A DNA stretch of 64,000 bases from Anthoceros angustus (taxonomy: Eukaryota > Plantae > Anthocerotophyta): the NCBI GenBank assembly GCA_010909165.1, contig VJWM01000108.1, forward strand, positions 992,001-1,056,000. Reading direction: 5' to 3'. Position numbers and translations under genes: made by a program. Every line of letters starts with the position of its first letter. Position 1 is the stretch's first letter. The notes beneath the pieces were generated by a model. That model saw only the letters and a program-made list of their open reading frames with translations, was not told the origin of the DNA and did not search any database. Positions 62,251 through 64,000 of this stretch are shown piece after piece.

Positions 62251-62251
62251 G

Positions 62252-63546
62252 AGCATCGACGCACGCCTGTTCAAACTGAAGGCGCGCCTCACACCTTGCG
62301 GCCGTGCCCCTTGGTCACCAGTGTTGCCACTTTCGTGAAGATGCCTATATCGAGTTCATGTCTTTTTTTGCACACTGCTGCACACAAAAGTTGCTGGATC
62401 GATATGCATGACATTCGATTCATCTGGCCGCCGCGCCTCCATGCAATATAGGTGCTCTCGTGGTCGATTTGCAAGGCGCCATGGCCACACCTGCATCAGC
62501 CAGCCAACACCTATCATAGATGGATTGCAACGGGTTTCCCTATGCACCCGTTTTCGGTTGGTAGATGGGCCATCGGACATTATTCCGTTTATTTTAAGCA
62601 ATTGATATTCCATGATACTCATATTGGGCTATCTAGGCATTTCCCGTATTCATGTTTTCCTTGTATTTAGGTATTTTCTTAAAAACATATTTTTGGAAAT
62701 GTTTTTCCTCTAGCTTAATTCATTTCTTTATGAACTTTGGAGTATGTTCTTAAGCACCTAGTTTCCTATTTAGTGGGAGTTAGGCTATGTCGTTTAGCTC
62801 TTTAGGTAGCTAATTTTCACCCCTACTTCATAGTGAGTGAGAGTGATGAAATATTTGACATGTTAGGGCCCTATTCATAAGGTAGCTAATTTTCACCCCT
62901 GCTTCATAGTGAGTGAGAGTGATGAAATATTTGACATATAAGGGCCCTATTCATAAGGTATCCCTTAAATTATAGAATTAACATTATTTATTTCTTAGGG
63001 ATACAACTAGTTTAATTAGTTACTTAATTGGTTATTTGGTTACAACAATCTATAACAGCGTGTGGGTGGAGAGGGGTTTCTCCAGTGACCCCATTTTGCA
63101 CACGCCCGAACTTGCGAATGCCAAATTGCACGCTGAAAAATCCGTATTGAAAACAGCAGTTTTGAAGAGTTTAGGTCTTATTAACGCATTTACAAATGTA
63201 TTTGATTTTATACTTTATCAAATTATGAGGTATCCTAAAAGAAGGCCACTCTCACGACCAGCACGTGTACCAACGCTACGCTTTAAGGCCTCTGCTGATT
63301 ACGATGCAAACAAGTTTGCGCAACAACTTTCACTGCACTACCAATCCTAAGACTATACTCTCACTATGTGAATTCTATAGGACTTTGTTTCTCAAACATT
63401 GGCACGATAGTATCTTCATTGATCTAATGCTCTTGATCTGCGTGCAATGCAAGAACGAGATTGGTATGGTAGACCTGCACTTGGAGCTGGGCGCACGCCA
63501 AACGTCTCAAGATTCAAAAGAATGGTTCTCACTACTAGTTCAAAGC
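62252..63546 (+). repeat. Duplicated block, copy 2
   Basis: Homologous to 20999-22933. Confidence 0.85.
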
Positions 63547-63552
63547 TTTGAT

Positions 63553-64000
63553 CACTACAAGAAAAGATGAGGGCTAAGTCAAGATGAGGACATATTCAAA
63601 TTAGGGAGGTGCACAAAAAGGGTTGAAAACACCAAAACGAAAACTTTTAAAACAACAAAAATATTAAAAAAATACCAAAAAAATGCACGAAAAGGCCAAA
63701 ATTTTATAGCAAGTGCGCTCACTTGCCCGAGAACCTAAAATTGTTTTTTTTTGGGATGTATTTTGTATGTTTTTGGATTTGTTTCTTATTTTGTGCAAAT
63801 AGGCTTGCACACTACCACGTTGGGTTCGCAAACCTGTCTGTGCACTCATCTCGTTCTGTCTGTTTTCTAACAGAAATGCTTGTATGGGATGAAGGGCGGA
63901 CATGCTTATGAAATAGCTTGTAACTGATGGTTCTCCTTATTTTCACCCCTTCAAAATTGCGGTGTCCACCCATGGATGCGGTACATTGTGACCAAATGAA
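63553..64000 (+). mobile_element. CACTA element left end (runs off window)
   Basis: CACTACAAGAAAA begins close to where homology to block copy 1 ends; partner TIR not in window. Confidence 0.6.

Overview
Plant nuclear DNA, most likely from a hornwort (inferred from GRP-ending DYW:KP PPR genes). The left ~20 kb is genic. It holds three paralogous, apparently intronless PLS-class PPR genes (2521-6629 -, 7176-12872 +, 14835-18038 +) ending in the KP-box/HAEKLA/GRP variant of the DYW deaminase, the class linked to reverse (U-to-C) organellar RNA editing. Each has an N-terminal OSB-type PDF motif and arrays of near-identical ~303-bp P-L-S triplets that differ in number (8, 13, 5). Also present are a three-exon mitochondrial rpl36 and a SAUR gene. 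The right ~44 kb is a nest of transposons. It includes a decayed Gypsy-like element with a C5 DNA-methyltransferase domain between protease and the pre-RT linker, preceded by a 5S rRNA-derived segment. Two TSD-bounded Copia elements follow (one with TG..TA LTRs), along with a nested gag-protease-only element carrying an antisense tRNA-like Pol III box pair, an RT-less Copia derivative with a 15-bp satellite, a CCCTA-ended CACTA-type element and a CACTA end. Many 1-5 bp deletions and microhomology-bounded duplications suggest imperfect long-read consensus, so frameshifts are not proof of pseudogenes. Top candidates: the PDF-PPR-DYW:KP fusion family with TALE-like repeat variation, and the methyltransferase-carrying retrotransposon.
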